From positions 6,578 to 70,577 of the forward strand of contig CATOJX010000004.1 in assembly GCA_951800225.1 (NCBI GenBank): a DNA stretch of 64,000 bases, written 5' to 3'. A program made the position numbers and the translations under genes. The notes beneath the pieces are model-generated. The model was not told the DNA's origin, ran no database searches, and worked only from the letters and a program-made list of their open reading frames with translations. Source of the stretch: an uncultured Lachnospiraceae bacterium (GTDB lineage Bacteria; Bacillota; Clostridia; Lachnospirales; Lachnospiraceae). This document shows positions 29,150 to 39,977 of this stretch, in pieces. Positions within the stretch are counted from its first letter, which is position 1, and the number at the start of each line of letters is the position of its first letter.

Positions 29150-30967
29150 ATGGCATTTGATATTGAAGAAGAGCTGAAAAAGCTGCCGGCAAAGCCAGGC
29201 GTATATTTGATGCATGACGAAAAAGATGCCATTATCTATGTAGGAAAGGCAATTTCTCTTAAAAACCGCGTGCGCCAGTATTTTCAGTCCAGCCGGAATA
29301 AAGGTGTGAAGATAGAGCAGATGGTAACCCATATCGCCAGGTTCGAGTATATTATCACGGATTCGGAATTAGAAGCCCTGGTGCTCGAATGCAATCTGAT
29401 CAAAGAACATCGCCCCAAATATAATACGATGCTGATGGATGACAAGACGTACCCCTTTATCAAAGTAACGGTACAGGAGGATTACCCCAGGGTACTTTTT
29501 TGTCGCCAGTTGCATAAGGATAAGGCAAAATATTTCGGGCCTTATACCAGCGCAGGAGCAGTAAAAGATACCATTGACTTGATCCATAAACTGTATGGGA
29601 TTCGTACCTGTAATAAGGCGCTGCCCAAGATGCAGGGAAAGGAACGTCCTTGTTTAAACTATCATATCCATCAATGCCCGGCGCCCTGTCAGGGGTATAT
29701 TACAAAAGAGGCTTATGGTGAGGCGGTCAAAAAGGCTCTGTCTTTTCTGAACGGGAATTATGCGCAAATCCTGGAGGAATTAGAAGACAAGATGCAGAGA
29801 GCTTCCGAAGAACTGGAGTTTGAAAAGGCCATTGAATACAGGGAACTTTTAGGCAGCGTGAGCAAGATTGCCCAGAAGCAGAAAATTACCAGCAGCGATA
29901 TGGAAGATAAAGATGTGGTTGCCATGGCTTCAGATAAAGAAGATGCAGTGGTACAGATCTTCTTTATCCGGGACGGACGTTTGATTGGAAGAGATCATTT
30001 CTGTCTTCATATAGCGGCGGACGATCAGCAAGAGCAGATTCTTGCCACTTTTATAAAACAATTTTATGCAGGGACCCCCTATATTCCGCGTCAGCTGATG
30101 ATTCAGCACGAGATCAGTGAAAAAGAAGTGATAGAAGAATGGTTAAGCAGTAGAAAAGGGCAGAAAGTGTATATACAGGTGCCTAAAAAAGGCCAGAAAG
30201 AAAAGCTGGTCGAACTGGCCGGGAAGAACGCACAGATGGTGCTGACCCAGGATAAAGAAAGGATCAGGCGGGAAGAAGGTCGCACTATTGGAGCAATGAA
30301 AGAGATTGCGAAGCTTCTGGGACTTAAGCAGATCGACCGGGTGGAGGCCTATGATATTTCCAATATCAGCGGTTTTCAGACTGTAGGCTCCATGGTGGTT
30401 TATGAGAAAGGCCGCCCTAAAAGATCTGATTACCGAAAGTTTCGGATCAGGGGCGTGCAGGGAGCGGACGACTATGCCAGTATGGAAGAGATGCTTACAA
30501 GAAGACTGTCTCATTATGAAAATTATCCCGATCTGATTATGATGGACGGAGGACGGGGCCAGGTGAATATTGCGCTCAAAGTTATGAATGCTGTTGGTGT
30601 CTATGTGCCGGTATGCGGTATGGTAAAAGACGACAGGCACCGGACAAGAGGTATATATTATAATAATACGGAACTGCCCATCGACAGAGACAGCGAAGGG
30701 TTCAGATTGGTAACAAGGATTCAGGATGAGGCCCATCGCTTTGCCATTGAATATCATCGTTCGCTAAGAAGTAAAGAACAGGTACATTCTGTGCTGGATG
30801 ATATACCCGGCATCGGGCCTGCCAGAAGGAAGGCTCTTATGAAAGGATTTCAGACATTAGATGAGATAAAAATGGCGGATGTGGACCGGCTTGCGTCTGT
30901 AGAAGGTATGAACCGCCGAGCGGCCGAGCAGGTTTTTGCATTCTTTCATATTGCTAACGATGAATAA
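29150..30967 (+). CDS. uvrC: Excinuclease ABC subunit C
   Basis: GIY-YIG (GVYLMHD...IIYVGKA), a UVR domain and a C-terminal (HhH)2. GGAGGGAAGGAA precedes the ATG at 29150. Confidence 0.93.
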   Translation: MAFDIEEELKKLPAKPGVYLMHDEKDAIIYVGKAISLKNRVRQYFQSSRNKGVKIEQMVTHIARFEYIITDSELEALVLECNLIKEHRPKYNTMLMDDKTYPFIKVTVQEDYPRVLFCRQLHKDKAKYFGPYTSAGAVKDTIDLIHKLYGIRTCNKALPKMQGKERPCLNYHIHQCPAPCQGYITKEAYGEAVKKALSFLNGNYAQILEELEDKMQRASEELEFEKAIEYRELLGSVSKIAQKQKITSSDMEDKDVVAMASDKEDAVVQIFFIRDGRLIGRDHFCLHIAADDQQEQILATFIKQFYAGTPYIPRQLMIQHEISEKEVIEEWLSSRKGQKVYIQVPKKGQKEKLVELAGKNAQMVLTQDKERIRREEGRTIGAMKEIAKLLGLKQIDRVEAYDISNISGFQTVGSMVVYEKGRPKRSDYRKFRIRGVQGADDYASMEEMLTRRLSHYENYPDLIMMDGGRGQVNIALKVMNAVGVYVPVCGMVKDDRHRTRGIYYNNTELPIDRDSEGFRLVTRIQDEAHRFAIEYHRSLRSKEQVHSVLDDIPGIGPARRKALMKGFQTLDEIKMADVDRLASVEGMNRRAAEQVFAFFHIANDE

Positions 30968-31022
30968 AAATGGTATGATTAAGTAGCGACTTTTGCGGAA
31001 CTTTGATTAGGAGAATATATCA

Positions 31023-31952
31023 ATGCAGACAGTATCATTGAATAAAATGATTGAAAAACTGGAACTTAAGAATATAGTTCCTGAAGTGAGTACGGAAGGT
31101 ATTGAAATCATCAGCGCGGAGATCAACCGTCCGGCTTTGCAGCTGGCCGGATATTTTGAACATTTTTCCAGCGAACGGGTACAAATCATCGGTTATGTGG
31201 AATACAGCTATTTAAAAGGGCTGGATATGGAAGTTAAGATGAAAAATTATGAACGTTTTATGTCCAGCGAAATTCCCTGCGTAATCTACGCGTCAAAGAC
31301 GGAACCGGACGAACATATGATTGGGCTGGCCAAAAAGTATAAAAGGCCCCTTCTTGTGAGCGGGCGTACTACCTCTTCTCTGATGGCGGAGGTGATTCGC
31401 TGGCTGAATGTGGAGCTGGCGCCCTGTATCTCCATACATGGTGTGCTGGTGGATGTGTATGGCGAGGGCGTTTTGATAATGGGGGAGAGCGGTATCGGAA
31501 AGAGCGAGACGGCGCTGGAGCTTCTAAAAAGAGGTCATCGCCTGATTACTGATGATGTGGTGGAGATACGCAAAGTCAGTGATGATACCCTTGTGGGGAC
31601 TTCTCCGGAGATCACCAGACATTTTATTGAGCTTCGGGGAATCGGCATTATAGATGTGAAAACTTTGTACGGCGTTGAAAGCGTAAAAAAGACCCAGACC
31701 ATCAATATGGTCATTAAGCTCGAAGAATGGAACAAAGATAAAGAATATGACCGCCTGGGACTGAATGAGGAGTATACGGAGTTTCTTGGCAACAAGATTG
31801 TATGTTATTCTATCCCCATCCGCCCTGGCCGCAATCTGGCGGTCATTGTGGAATCTGCGGCGGTCAACCACAGGCAGAAGAATATGGGCTATAATGCGGC
31901 CCAGGAACTTTATCGCAGAGTGCAGGACAGCATCAACAGAAATAAACATTAA
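31023..31952 (+). CDS. hprK: HPr kinase/phosphorylase
   Basis: P-loop GESGIGKSE and the HprK signature region, in 309 aa. Confidence 0.93.
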   Translation: MQTVSLNKMIEKLELKNIVPEVSTEGIEIISAEINRPALQLAGYFEHFSSERVQIIGYVEYSYLKGLDMEVKMKNYERFMSSEIPCVIYASKTEPDEHMIGLAKKYKRPLLVSGRTTSSLMAEVIRWLNVELAPCISIHGVLVDVYGEGVLIMGESGIGKSETALELLKRGHRLITDDVVEIRKVSDDTLVGTSPEITRHFIELRGIGIIDVKTLYGVESVKKTQTINMVIKLEEWNKDKEYDRLGLNEEYTEFLGNKIVCYSIPIRPGRNLAVIVESAAVNHRQKNMGYNAAQELYRRVQDSINRNKH

Positions 31953-31979
31953 AATCAGCTAATAATTAGGAGGCAGCAA

Positions 31980-32918
31980 ATGAAAAAATATTGTTTTGGA
32001 ATTGATGTGGGCGGAACAACCGTTAAACTGGGCCTCTTTCAGACAGACGGACAGTTAATGGATAAGTGGGAAATACCGACCCGGACGGAGCAGGAAGGAT
32101 CGGCTATTCTGCCGGACATTGCCGCTTCGATGTTGGAAAAGCTTAAACAGGCAGGGATTGCTAAAGATGAGGTGGCCGGAGTCGGGATTGGGGTTCCGGG
32201 TCCCATCAATGAAAAAGGAATCGTGCCCCATACGGCGAATTTAGGGTGGGGGTACAAAGAAGTGACCCGCGAGCTTTCGGAGCTGACCGGTTTTGTCTGT
32301 AAAGGCGGCAATGACGCTAATGTGGCGGCCTTGGGCGAGATATGGAAAGGGGCAGCGGCGGGCAAAAGAAGCGGCGTGATGGTGACCCTTGGAACCGGTG
32401 TAGGTGGAGGCATCATTGTGGATGGCCGAATCGTGGCGGGCGCAACCGGCGCGGGCGGTGAGATTGGACATATTCATGTGGATGAGCGTATCCCTGGACA
32501 GTGCGGCTGCGGCAATCAGGGCTGCCTGGAGCAGGTGGCGTCTGCCAACGGGATTGTGCGTCTTGCAAAATGGATGTCTGAGGAAGAAAAGGCGGATACT
32601 TCCCTCAATTTGGATACCATGTCCGCCAAAGATATATGGGACGCGGTGAAAGAGGGGGATGCTTTTGCCTGCCAGGTAGCGGAGCGTTTTGGCAAGTATC
32701 TGGGGATTGCTCTTGGAAATGTTGCCAGTGTGGTCAACCCGGAAGTGTTTGTAATCGGCGGCGGCATGTCCAAAGCAGGCGAAGTAGTCCTGGATTATGT
32801 GAAAAAATATTTTGTAAAATACACTTTCCGTGGGTGTAAGGATACAGAATTTGTACTGGCGAGTCTCGGAAATGATGCGGGGATCTACGGGTGTGCCAGG
32901 CTTGTGATTGAAGAATAA
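31980..32918 (+). CDS. glcK: ROK-family glucokinase
   Basis: GIDVGGTT ATP-binding motif and ROK zinc motif CGCGNQGCLE. Confidence 0.9.
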   Translation: MKKYCFGIDVGGTTVKLGLFQTDGQLMDKWEIPTRTEQEGSAILPDIAASMLEKLKQAGIAKDEVAGVGIGVPGPINEKGIVPHTANLGWGYKEVTRELSELTGFVCKGGNDANVAALGEIWKGAAAGKRSGVMVTLGTGVGGGIIVDGRIVAGATGAGGEIGHIHVDERIPGQCGCGNQGCLEQVASANGIVRLAKWMSEEEKADTSLNLDTMSAKDIWDAVKEGDAFACQVAERFGKYLGIALGNVASVVNPEVFVIGGGMSKAGEVVLDYVKKYFVKYTFRGCKDTEFVLASLGNDAGIYGCARLVIEE

Positions 32919-32925
32919 GTGTTCT

Positions 32926-32973
32926 GAAAACAAAAGGCCAGGATGCGGGGGAGTTACAATCCCGCGTCCTGAC
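32926..32973 (-). terminator. Rho-independent terminator for typA (hairpin shared with convergent glcK)
   Basis: An 11-bp stem, 32941-32951 with 32963-32973 (one G-U pair). On the minus strand it is followed by GCCTTTTGTTTT. A second small hairpin CCGGC/GCCGG+TTTT at 32993-33015 may serve glcK. Confidence 0.55.
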
Positions 32974-33025
32974 CCTGACGGTTTTTCGTTCCGGCGTATG
33001 TTCTGCCGGTTTTCCCTTATTTATT

Positions 33026-34852
33026 TTATTTGTTTTGCATAGCGGCCCTTTTTCGCATGGTAGGGTCAAGTATTTTTTTGCGGATTCTTAAGTTTTTAGG
33101 TGTAATTTCCAAAAGTTCGTCTGTGTCGATAAACTCCAGGCACTGCTCAAGACTTAATACTTTCGGCGGTGTCAGTTTTAATGCCTCGTCGGCGCCGGAA
33201 GACCGGGTATTGGTAAGTTTTTTGGTCTTGCAAACATTGATCTCAATATCATCTGTTTTGGCGTTTTGTCCAACGACCATGCCGGAGTAAACTTTCTCGC
33301 CTGGCCCAATAAAAAGACTTCCTCGCTCCTGGGCATTAAACAAGCCGTAGGTGATGGATTCGCCGGACTCGAAAGCGATTAAAGATCCCTGTTTTCGGTA
33401 TTGGATATCACCTTTATAAGGTTCATAACCGTTGAAGATAGTATTTAAAACACCTGTTCCTTTAGTGTCGGTCATAAACTCGCCTCGATAACCGATCAGC
33501 CCCCGGGAGGGAATGGAAAATTCCATGCGGGTGGAGCCGGAATCATTGGTGTGCATATTCAGAAGTTCTCCTTTACGCTCTCCAAGCTTCTGGATCACAT
33601 TTCCTGCATATTCGTCATCCACATCAACGTAGGCTAATTCCATGGGTTCTGTCTTCTTTCCCTTTTCATCCATACGGTATAAAACTTCGGCTTTGCTAAC
33701 GGAAAATTCATAGCCTTCCCGGCGCATATTTTCAATCAGCACGGACAGGTGGAGTTCTCCACGACCGGAAACTTTGAAGCTGTCCGTATTATCCGTTTCT
33801 TCCACCCGAAGGCTCACGTCGGTATTCAGCTCCCGGAACAGACGGTCTCTTAGATGACGGGAAGTAACATACTTTCCTTCGGTGCCGGCTAAAGGACTAT
33901 CATTTACGTTAAACTGCATGGCGATGGTGGGTTCGGAAATCTTCTGGAAGGGAATGGCGTTTGGTACATCCGAAGAGCAGATGGTATCGCCGATATGGAG
34001 ATCGGCAATACCAGAGATTGCCACAATAGCTCCTACGGTGGCTTCCCCTACTTCCACCTTATTAAGACCGTCAAATTCAGAAAGTCTACTAATTTTCACT
34101 TTTTTTATTTTATCCGGTTCATGGTGGTTGACAATGACTGCTTCCTGGTTAATGCGAACGGTTCCGTTATCCACTTTTCCAACACCGATCCGGCCCACAT
34201 ATTCATTGTAGTCGATAGTACTTATAAGAATCTGTAAGGGCGCTTCCGGGTCGCCTTCGGGAGCTGGTATATAGTCCAGGATTGTATCGAATAAAGGTGT
34301 CATATCTTTCGCTTCATCTTTTAGATCAAGAGTCGCGTAGCCGCCTTTGGCGGAGGCGAACACAAAAGGACAGTCTAACTGTTCGTCGGAAGCATCCAGA
34401 TCCATCAAAAGCTCTAACACTTCGTCTATGACTTCTGAGGGTCGAGCTTCCGGTCTGTCAATCTTATTGATGCAGGCAATAACCGGAAGGTTCAGTTCCA
34501 ATGCTTTTTTCAGTACGAATTTGGTCTGGGGCATGGAACCCTCGAAAGCGTCTACTACGAGGATGACGCCGTTTACCATTTTAAGCACGCGTTCCACTTC
34601 CCCGCCGAAATCTGCATGGCCGGGAGTGTCAATGATATTGATCTTTACGCCTTTATAAAAGACGGCTGTATTTTTGGATAAAATGGTGATTCCGCGTTCT
34701 CTTTCAATATCATTGGAGTCCATGACGCGTTCTGCAACCTCCTGGTTGGCGCGGAAAACGCCGCTTTGCTTTAACAGTTCGTCTACCAGGGTCGTCTTAC
34801 CGTGGTCTACATGGGCGATGATTGCTATATTTCTTACATCTTCACGTTTCAT
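33026..34852 (-). CDS. typA: Translational GTPase TypA/BipA
   Basis: [14 protein letters not shown] and NKID motifs with EF-G-like domains. The start is assigned to MKREDVRN (ATG at 34852, GAGG upstream). Confidence 0.93.
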   Translation of the reverse strand: MKREDVRNIAIIAHVDHGKTTLVDELLKQSGVFRANQEVAERVMDSNDIERERGITILSKNTAVFYKGVKINIIDTPGHADFGGEVERVLKMVNGVILVVDAFEGSMPQTKFVLKKALELNLPVIACINKIDRPEARPSEVIDEVLELLMDLDASDEQLDCPFVFASAKGGYATLDLKDEAKDMTPLFDTILDYIPAPEGDPEAPLQILISTIDYNEYVGRIGVGKVDNGTVRINQEAVIVNHHEPDKIKKVKISRLSEFDGLNKVEVGEATVGAIVAISGIADLHIGDTICSSDVPNAIPFQKISEPTIAMQFNVNDSPLAGTEGKYVTSRHLRDRLFRELNTDVSLRVEETDNTDSFKVSGRGELHLSVLIENMRREGYEFSVSKAEVLYRMDEKGKKTEPMELAYVDVDDEYAGNVIQKLGERKGELLNMHTNDSGSTRMEFSIPSRGLIGYRGEFMTDTKGTGVLNTIFNGYEPYKGDIQYRKQGSLIAFESGESITYGLFNAQERGSLFIGPGEKVYSGMVVGQNAKTDDIEINVCKTKKLTNTRSSGADEALKLTPPKVLSLEQCLEFIDTDELLEITPKNLRIRKKILDPTMRKRAAMQNK

Positions 34853-35058
34853 GATTAAAAACCTCATTATTTTTGTATGGATTGGATTTATATGTCTTAC
34901 AAAACTAATAGTGTATCATATTTTCCCAGGAAAACAAGTATTTTATTAAATTTGAATATTTTATATTTTTTTTGGAATATTTGGGAGAAACGCTGAATAT
35001 ATTTTATAGACAAAATACGAGAAGAGACACTTCGTCAAAGAGAAGGGAGAACAAAATT

Positions 35059-35685
35059 ATGTCAGATAAGATAATTGAAAACAACCAGGTGTCCATCGTA
35101 GGAGAGGTCGTGTCAGACTTTTCTTTCAGCCACGAAGTCTTTGGGGAAGGCTTCTATATGTTGAATGTATCGGTAAAACGGCTGAGTGATTCCTGCGACG
35201 TGATACCCTTGATGATTTCCGAGAGGCTGATCGACGTAAACGAGGATTACCGGGGGTTGTATATTCGCGCCGCCGGGCAGTTCCGGTCTTACAATCGCCA
35301 CGAGGAAAAAAAGAACAGGCTGGTGTTATCCGTGTTTGTAAGGGAATTGGAATTTATTGAAGAAGAAGTGGAGAATGCCAAGACCAACCAGATCTTTTTG
35401 GACGGCTTTATTTGTAAGATGCCGGTCTACAGAAAGACGCCTCTTGGCAGAGAAATCGCGGACATCCTTCTGGCGGTAAACCGGCCCTACGGAAAATCAG
35501 ATTATATTCCATGTATCTGTTGGGGAAGAAATGCCCGGTTTGCGTCTGGATTTGAGGTGGGCGGCCATACGCAGATCTGGGGCAGAATCCAGAGCCGCGA
35601 GTACATGAAAAAGATAGATGAGGAGGAAAGCGAGCGCAGAGTTGCCTATGAAGTATCCGTAAGTAAGCTGGAATATCTGGATTAA
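35059..35685 (+). CDS. Tandem OB-fold, SSB-like single-stranded DNA-binding protein
   Basis: Two OB-like halves (NQVSIVGEV... and NQIFLDGFI...). The motif DYIPCICWGRNA...GRIQSREY is typical of the clostridial SSB-like family. AGGGAG RBS precedes the ATG at 35059. Confidence 0.6.
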   Translation: MSDKIIENNQVSIVGEVVSDFSFSHEVFGEGFYMLNVSVKRLSDSCDVIPLMISERLIDVNEDYRGLYIRAAGQFRSYNRHEEKKNRLVLSVFVRELEFIEEEVENAKTNQIFLDGFICKMPVYRKTPLGREIADILLAVNRPYGKSDYIPCICWGRNARFASGFEVGGHTQIWGRIQSREYMKKIDEEESERRVAYEVSVSKLEYLD

Positions 35686-35771
35686 AACTTGCATTTCTTC
35701 CAAGGCTAGTGTAAGATAGACAAATACAGAGGATTTTTTTGTTTCATGTTCGGGAATGTGGGGATACTTCT

Positions 35772-36260
35772 ATGAATGGGATAACATTACAGGTTTATTT
35801 TGGAAGCGGTAAAGGTAAGACGACGGCAGCCATAGGGCAGGCGATCAAAGAAGCCAGCAAAGGCAGGTCGGTTTTTATCGTACAGTTTTTGAAAGGACGT
35901 CAGCCGGAGGAATTAAGTTTTGTAAAGCGGCTGGAGCCTGAGATCAAGCTGTTCCGTTTTCAACGCAGGGAGGCGGCTTTTGAGGACCTGGCCGTACAGG
36001 AACAGGAAGAAGAAATACTGAATATGAAAAGCGGTATGTGTTTTGCCAAGAAAGTGCTGGCTACCGGCGAGTGCGATGTACTGATATTGGACGAGATCCT
36101 GGGACTTTTGGAGCATGGGATTGTCAATCTGGAAGATATCCATGCGCTTCTTAAAGAAGCATCTGAAGGTACAGAGCTTATCTTTACAGGCATCCGGCTT
36201 TGCCCTGAGATTATGGAGTGGGCCGACGGCGTTTATCAGATATCTGCACTGAAAGAGTAA
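35772..36260 (+). CDS. Cob(I)yrinic acid a,c-diamide / cob(I)alamin adenosyltransferase (CobA/CobO/BtuR family)
   Basis: P-loop GSGKGKTTAAIGQA and LDE motif, about 160 aa. Confidence 0.75.
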   Translation: MNGITLQVYFGSGKGKTTAAIGQAIKEASKGRSVFIVQFLKGRQPEELSFVKRLEPEIKLFRFQRREAAFEDLAVQEQEEEILNMKSGMCFAKKVLATGECDVLILDEILGLLEHGIVNLEDIHALLKEASEGTELIFTGIRLCPEIMEWADGVYQISALKE

Positions 36261-36301
36261 GTATCCATATACTAAACAAAAGACTACCAGGAGGAGAAAT
36301 T

Positions 36302-37201
36302 ATGTCAATTTTTACAGGCGCAGGAGTTGCGATTGTCACTCCTATGACAGAGACAGGAGAAGTGAACTATCCAAAGCTTCATGAGCTTCTGGAGTATCAG
36401 ATTGCGAATGGAACAGACAGTATTATTATTTGCGGCACCACAGGGGAGGCGTCTACGCTGAGCCATGAGGAGCATCTTGAAGCGATCCGTTTTACAGTGG
36501 AAAAAGTGGCGCACAGGGTGCCGGTTGTTGCAGGTACGGGTTCTAATTGCACGGAGACTGCGGTCTATCTGTCTAAAGAGGCGGAAAAGTTCGGGGCGGA
36601 CGCGCTTTTGCTGGTAAGTCCCTATTACAACAAAGCAACCCAGAAGGGATTGATCTCCCATTTTACAAAGGTTGCCAATTCTGTGAAAATTCCGGTCATC
36701 CTGTATAACATACAAGGGCGTACGGGCGTCAATATCACGCCGGAAACCATTGCTTATCTTGCCCATAATGTGGAGAATATCGTTGCTGTAAAAGAAGCCA
36801 GCGGTAATATTTCCCAGGTGGCGAAGATTGCGCAGCTTGCGGGGGACGCGTTGGACATCTATTCCGGCAACGACGACCAGATTGTGCCGCTTCTGTCGCT
36901 GGGAGGAAAAGGCGTGATCTCAGTTCTTTCAAATATTGCGCCGAGAGAGACCCATGATATCGTGGCAAAGTTTATGGAAGGAGATGTGGCAGGCAGCCGC
37001 GAGCTTCAGCTAAAAGCTCTTCCGCTGATTGAAAGTCTTTTCTGTGAAGTGAATCCGATCCCGGTTAAAGAGGCCTTGAACATGCTGGGATGGGAGGCGG
37101 GTCCTCTTCGGATGCCGCTGACTCCTATGGAAGAAGAACATAAAGAAAAGCTTCGGCAAGCCATGAAGGATTTCGGCATCAAGGCAAAAGGAGAAAACTG
37201 A
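36302..37201 (+). CDS. dapA: 4-hydroxy-tetrahydrodipicolinate synthase
   Basis: Motifs GTTGE and the active-site Lys context AVKEASG. AGGAGGAG RBS precedes the ATG at 36302. Confidence 0.93.
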   Translation: MSIFTGAGVAIVTPMTETGEVNYPKLHELLEYQIANGTDSIIICGTTGEASTLSHEEHLEAIRFTVEKVAHRVPVVAGTGSNCTETAVYLSKEAEKFGADALLLVSPYYNKATQKGLISHFTKVANSVKIPVILYNIQGRTGVNITPETIAYLAHNVENIVAVKEASGNISQVAKIAQLAGDALDIYSGNDDQIVPLLSLGGKGVISVLSNIAPRETHDIVAKFMEGDVAGSRELQLKALPLIESLFCEVNPIPVKEALNMLGWEAGPLRMPLTPMEEEHKEKLRQAMKDFGIKAKGEN

Positions 37202-37965
37202 TGGTCAGGGCAATCATACATGGATGTAACGGCTATATGGGCCGTGTGATCAGCGATCTGATCAAAGAAGATACAGAAATCGAGGCAGTAGCAGGCATCG
37301 ATTTGTCAGACAATAAGGATAAGGATTATCCTGTATATACGAACCCACAGGACTGCCATGTGGAAGCAGATGTAATTATTGATTTTTCTTCCGCTAAAGC
37401 TGTGGACGGACTTTTGAAGTTCGGCGTGGAGAGAGGTATTCCCATGGTACTTTGCACGACAGGGCTTTCAGAGGAACAGTTAGAGGCGGTCAAAGAGGCC
37501 GGTACTAAAGTGGCTGTTTTAAAATCTGCCAACATGTCTTTAGGGGTAAATCTGCTTTTAAAACTTTTAAAAGACGCTGCGAAGGTTTTAGCTCCTGCGG
37601 GCTTTGACATGGAGATTGTGGAAAAGCATCATAACAGAAAGCTGGATGCGCCCAGCGGGACAGCTATAGCGCTTGCAGATTCTCTCAACGAGGCGTTGGA
37701 CGGATCGTATACCTATAAGTATGACAGAAGCACCCAGCGCCAGAAGAGGGATGAAAAAGAAATCGGCATCAGCGCTGTGCGCGGAGGCACCATCGTGGGA
37801 GACCACGACGTGATTTTCGCCGGAACAGATGAGGTCATTACTTTCAGCCACAGGGCTTACTCCCGGGCAATTTTCGGAAAAGGCGCCGTGCAGGCGGCTA
37901 AATTTCTGGCAGGGAAGCAGCCGGGATACTATGAAATGTCCGATGTTATAGAAGCGCAGGGTTAA
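37201..37965 (+). CDS. dapB: 4-hydroxy-tetrahydrodipicolinate reductase
   Basis: N-terminal NAD(P)-binding GCNGYMG and the motif E.HH..K.DAPSGTA. It overlaps the dapA stop by 1 nt (TGATG). Confidence 0.92.
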   Translation: MVRAIIHGCNGYMGRVISDLIKEDTEIEAVAGIDLSDNKDKDYPVYTNPQDCHVEADVIIDFSSAKAVDGLLKFGVERGIPMVLCTTGLSEEQLEAVKEAGTKVAVLKSANMSLGVNLLLKLLKDAAKVLAPAGFDMEIVEKHHNRKLDAPSGTAIALADSLNEALDGSYTYKYDRSTQRQKRDEKEIGISAVRGGTIVGDHDVIFAGTDEVITFSHRAYSRAIFGKGAVQAAKFLAGKQPGYYEMSDVIEAQG

Positions 37966-38076
37966 TCTTTATAAAATTAAAAAAAACAGAATAAATAAAA
38001 TGAAATTGTCCATATTAGTAACAGCAGGTCAAACACTGTTTTGCATCTTTAATTTTAATTAAAAGGAGAGACATTT

Positions 38077-38433
38077 ATGAAACAGTTAAAGAAGTATTGT
38101 ATTGGCATGCTGTTACTGGTGACACTGCTTTTTGTCACTGCATGTGGCAGCTCGAAGAACGACGTCGCCCCAGATGATACCGGAAACGGCACTGCAGCGG
38201 ATGGAACCGGCGAAGGGGATACAGGCGGCAATGGCACAAACATTGACGATATCCTTTTTGACACGGACGGGGACGGGGTCTATGACCATACGGATGTGGA
38301 TGGCGACGGTCTGTTAGAGCAGATCGGTCAGGATTCCGACGACGTGGTGGACGACCTGGTCAATGACGTGACCGGAGGAGATGGAATGGACGCGGACGGC
38401 GACGGCGTTGAAGACGACACAGTGGCACCGTAG
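38077..38433 (+). CDS. Small acidic lipoprotein with DxDxDG-type (calcium-binding-like) repeats
   Basis: Lipobox LLFVTAC. The mature part is Asp/Gly-rich with DTDGDGVYDHTDVDGDG and DADGDGVEDD. Confidence 0.7.
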   Translation: MKQLKKYCIGMLLLVTLLFVTACGSSKNDVAPDDTGNGTAADGTGEGDTGGNGTNIDDILFDTDGDGVYDHTDVDGDGLLEQIGQDSDDVVDDLVNDVTGGDGMDADGDGVEDDTVAP

Positions 38434-38446
38434 CAAAAGACCCAAA

Positions 38447-38476
38447 GGGCGCTGCGTATAGCAGCGCTCTTTTTTA
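38447..38476 (+). terminator. Rho-independent terminator after the lipoprotein gene
   Basis: Stem GGGCGCTGC (38447-38455) pairs with GCAGCGCTC (38461-38469) with one mismatch, followed by TTTTTT. Confidence 0.65.
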
Positions 38477-38503
38477 AAACGGCAGAAGAAGGGGTACATA
38501 CAG

Positions 38504-39292
38504 ATGGAGTTTCGTCCATGCATTGATATACATAACGGAAAAGTAAAACAGATCGTAGGGGGAACTCTGAGAGATGACAGCAATTTGGCGGAGGAAAATT
38601 TTGTTTCCGGGCAGGATGCGGCTTTTTATGCAGAACTTTATAAAAGGAATGGTATAAAGGGCGGCCATATTATCCTGCTGAACAAAGAAGGTTCCGAATA
38701 TTTTGAAGCGACCAGGCAGCAGGCATTGTTGGCTCTTGAGGCTTATCCGGGCGGCCTGCAGGTGGGCGGAGGCATTCGGGCGGATAATGCGCCGGGTTAT
38801 TTGGATGCGGGCGCCAGCCATGTGATTGTCACCTCTTATGTATTTAAAGACGGACAGATAAATTGGGATAATCTGTTGAAACTGAAAGCGGTTGTGGGAA
38901 AAGAGCGTCTGGTACTGGACGTGAGCTGCAGAAGAAAGGGAGACGACTATTATATCGTCACTGACCGCTGGCAGAGGTTTACGACGGTGAAGATATCCTT
39001 GTCTGTCCTGTCCGAACTGGCAGAACACTGCGGGGAATTTCTGGTGCATGCTGTGGATGTGGAAGGAAAAGCACGGGGCATCGAGGCGCCCCTGGCAGAG
39101 CTTCTGGGGAGCTGGGAAGGACTTCCTGTGGTTTATGCAGGAGGCGTGAGCAGCTATGAGGATCTGCGGCTTTTAAAGAAATTGGGAAAGGGTCGGCTGC
39201 ATGTGACGATCGGCAGCGCCCTGGATCTTTTCGGCGGCACCATGAATTATGAAAAAGTACTAAAATTTATTGCGGAACCGCCCGGAAAATGA
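38504..39292 (+). CDS. HisA-like ProFAR isomerase of the eukaryote-type (His6) subfamily, (beta/alpha)8 barrel
   Basis: MEFRPCIDIHNGKVKQIVGG... with LQVGGGIR and the terminal phosphate-binding GGV/GSAL motifs. It is not embedded in a his operon. Confidence 0.7.
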   Translation: MEFRPCIDIHNGKVKQIVGGTLRDDSNLAEENFVSGQDAAFYAELYKRNGIKGGHIILLNKEGSEYFEATRQQALLALEAYPGGLQVGGGIRADNAPGYLDAGASHVIVTSYVFKDGQINWDNLLKLKAVVGKERLVLDVSCRRKGDDYYIVTDRWQRFTTVKISLSVLSELAEHCGEFLVHAVDVEGKARGIEAPLAELLGSWEGLPVVYAGGVSSYEDLRLLKKLGKGRLHVTIGSALDLFGGTMNYEKVLKFIAEPPGK

Positions 39293-39328
39293 TATGATAT
39301 AAACAAAAAAGCAAAGGAGTGTGATTCT

Positions 39329-39853
39329 ATGCGTTACATCATCAGCGGAAAGAATATCGACATTACAGACGGACTGCGTTCAGCAGTGACGGAGAAGTTA
39401 GGAAAGCTGGAACGCTATTTTACTTCCGATACGGAAGTACATGTAACCCTGAGCGTGGAGAAAGAGCGTCAGAAGATTGAAGTGACGATTCCTGTCAAGG
39501 GAAACATTATCCGTTCGGAGCAGTCCAGCACTGATATGTATGTGTCGATTGATCTGGTGGAGGAAGTCATCGAGCGTCAGCTTCGCAAGTATAAGAATAA
39601 GCTGATTGCAAGACATCAGGGCGGCGGCAATTTCCAGAAAGAGTTTATGGAGAAAGATTCGGAAGATCAGGAAGTCAAAATCATCCGGACGAAGAAATTT
39701 GACATCAAGCCCATGTATCCGGAAGACGCCTGCGTACAGATGGAATTGCTGGGTCACAGTTTCTTCGCTTTTGTCAACGCGGAGACGGACGAGATCAATG
39801 TGGTTTATAAAAGAAAGGGAGGCACTTACGGTATTATGGAACCGGATTTATAA
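39329..39853 (+). CDS. hpf: Ribosome hibernation promoting factor, long form
   Basis: N-terminal S30AE/YfiA fold (GKNIDITDGLR...KLGKLERYF) plus the C-terminal dimerisation domain typical of long HPF. Confidence 0.9.
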   Translation: MRYIISGKNIDITDGLRSAVTEKLGKLERYFTSDTEVHVTLSVEKERQKIEVTIPVKGNIIRSEQSSTDMYVSIDLVEEVIERQLRKYKNKLIARHQGGGNFQKEFMEKDSEDQEVKIIRTKKFDIKPMYPEDACVQMELLGHSFFAFVNAETDEINVVYKRKGGTYGIMEPDL

Positions 39854-39897
39854 AAAAGCCTTGTCTTTTATGGTATTTTTGCGCATCGAAATGAAAA

Positions 39898-39929
39898 ATA
39901 CGGGATTTGGCATTTGCCAAATCCCGTAT
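39898..39929 (+). terminator. Strong hairpin after hpf (probable terminator, weak T-tract)
   Basis: Perfect 15-nt arms ATACGGGATTTGGCA (39898-39912) and TGCCAAATCCCGTAT (39915-39929). A TATAAT-like -10 for secA follows. Confidence 0.5.
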
Positions 39930-39977
39930 CTATGTTATAATGAGGTGCAATTAGTTTTCGATGGATAGGAGAGTAGC

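Noticed and set aside
36261-36301. A possible lysine (L-box) riboswitch upstream of dapA.
   Set aside because: The intergenic space is only about 40 nt, far too short for an L-box aptamer. dapA appears co-transcribed with, or closely following, the upstream gene.
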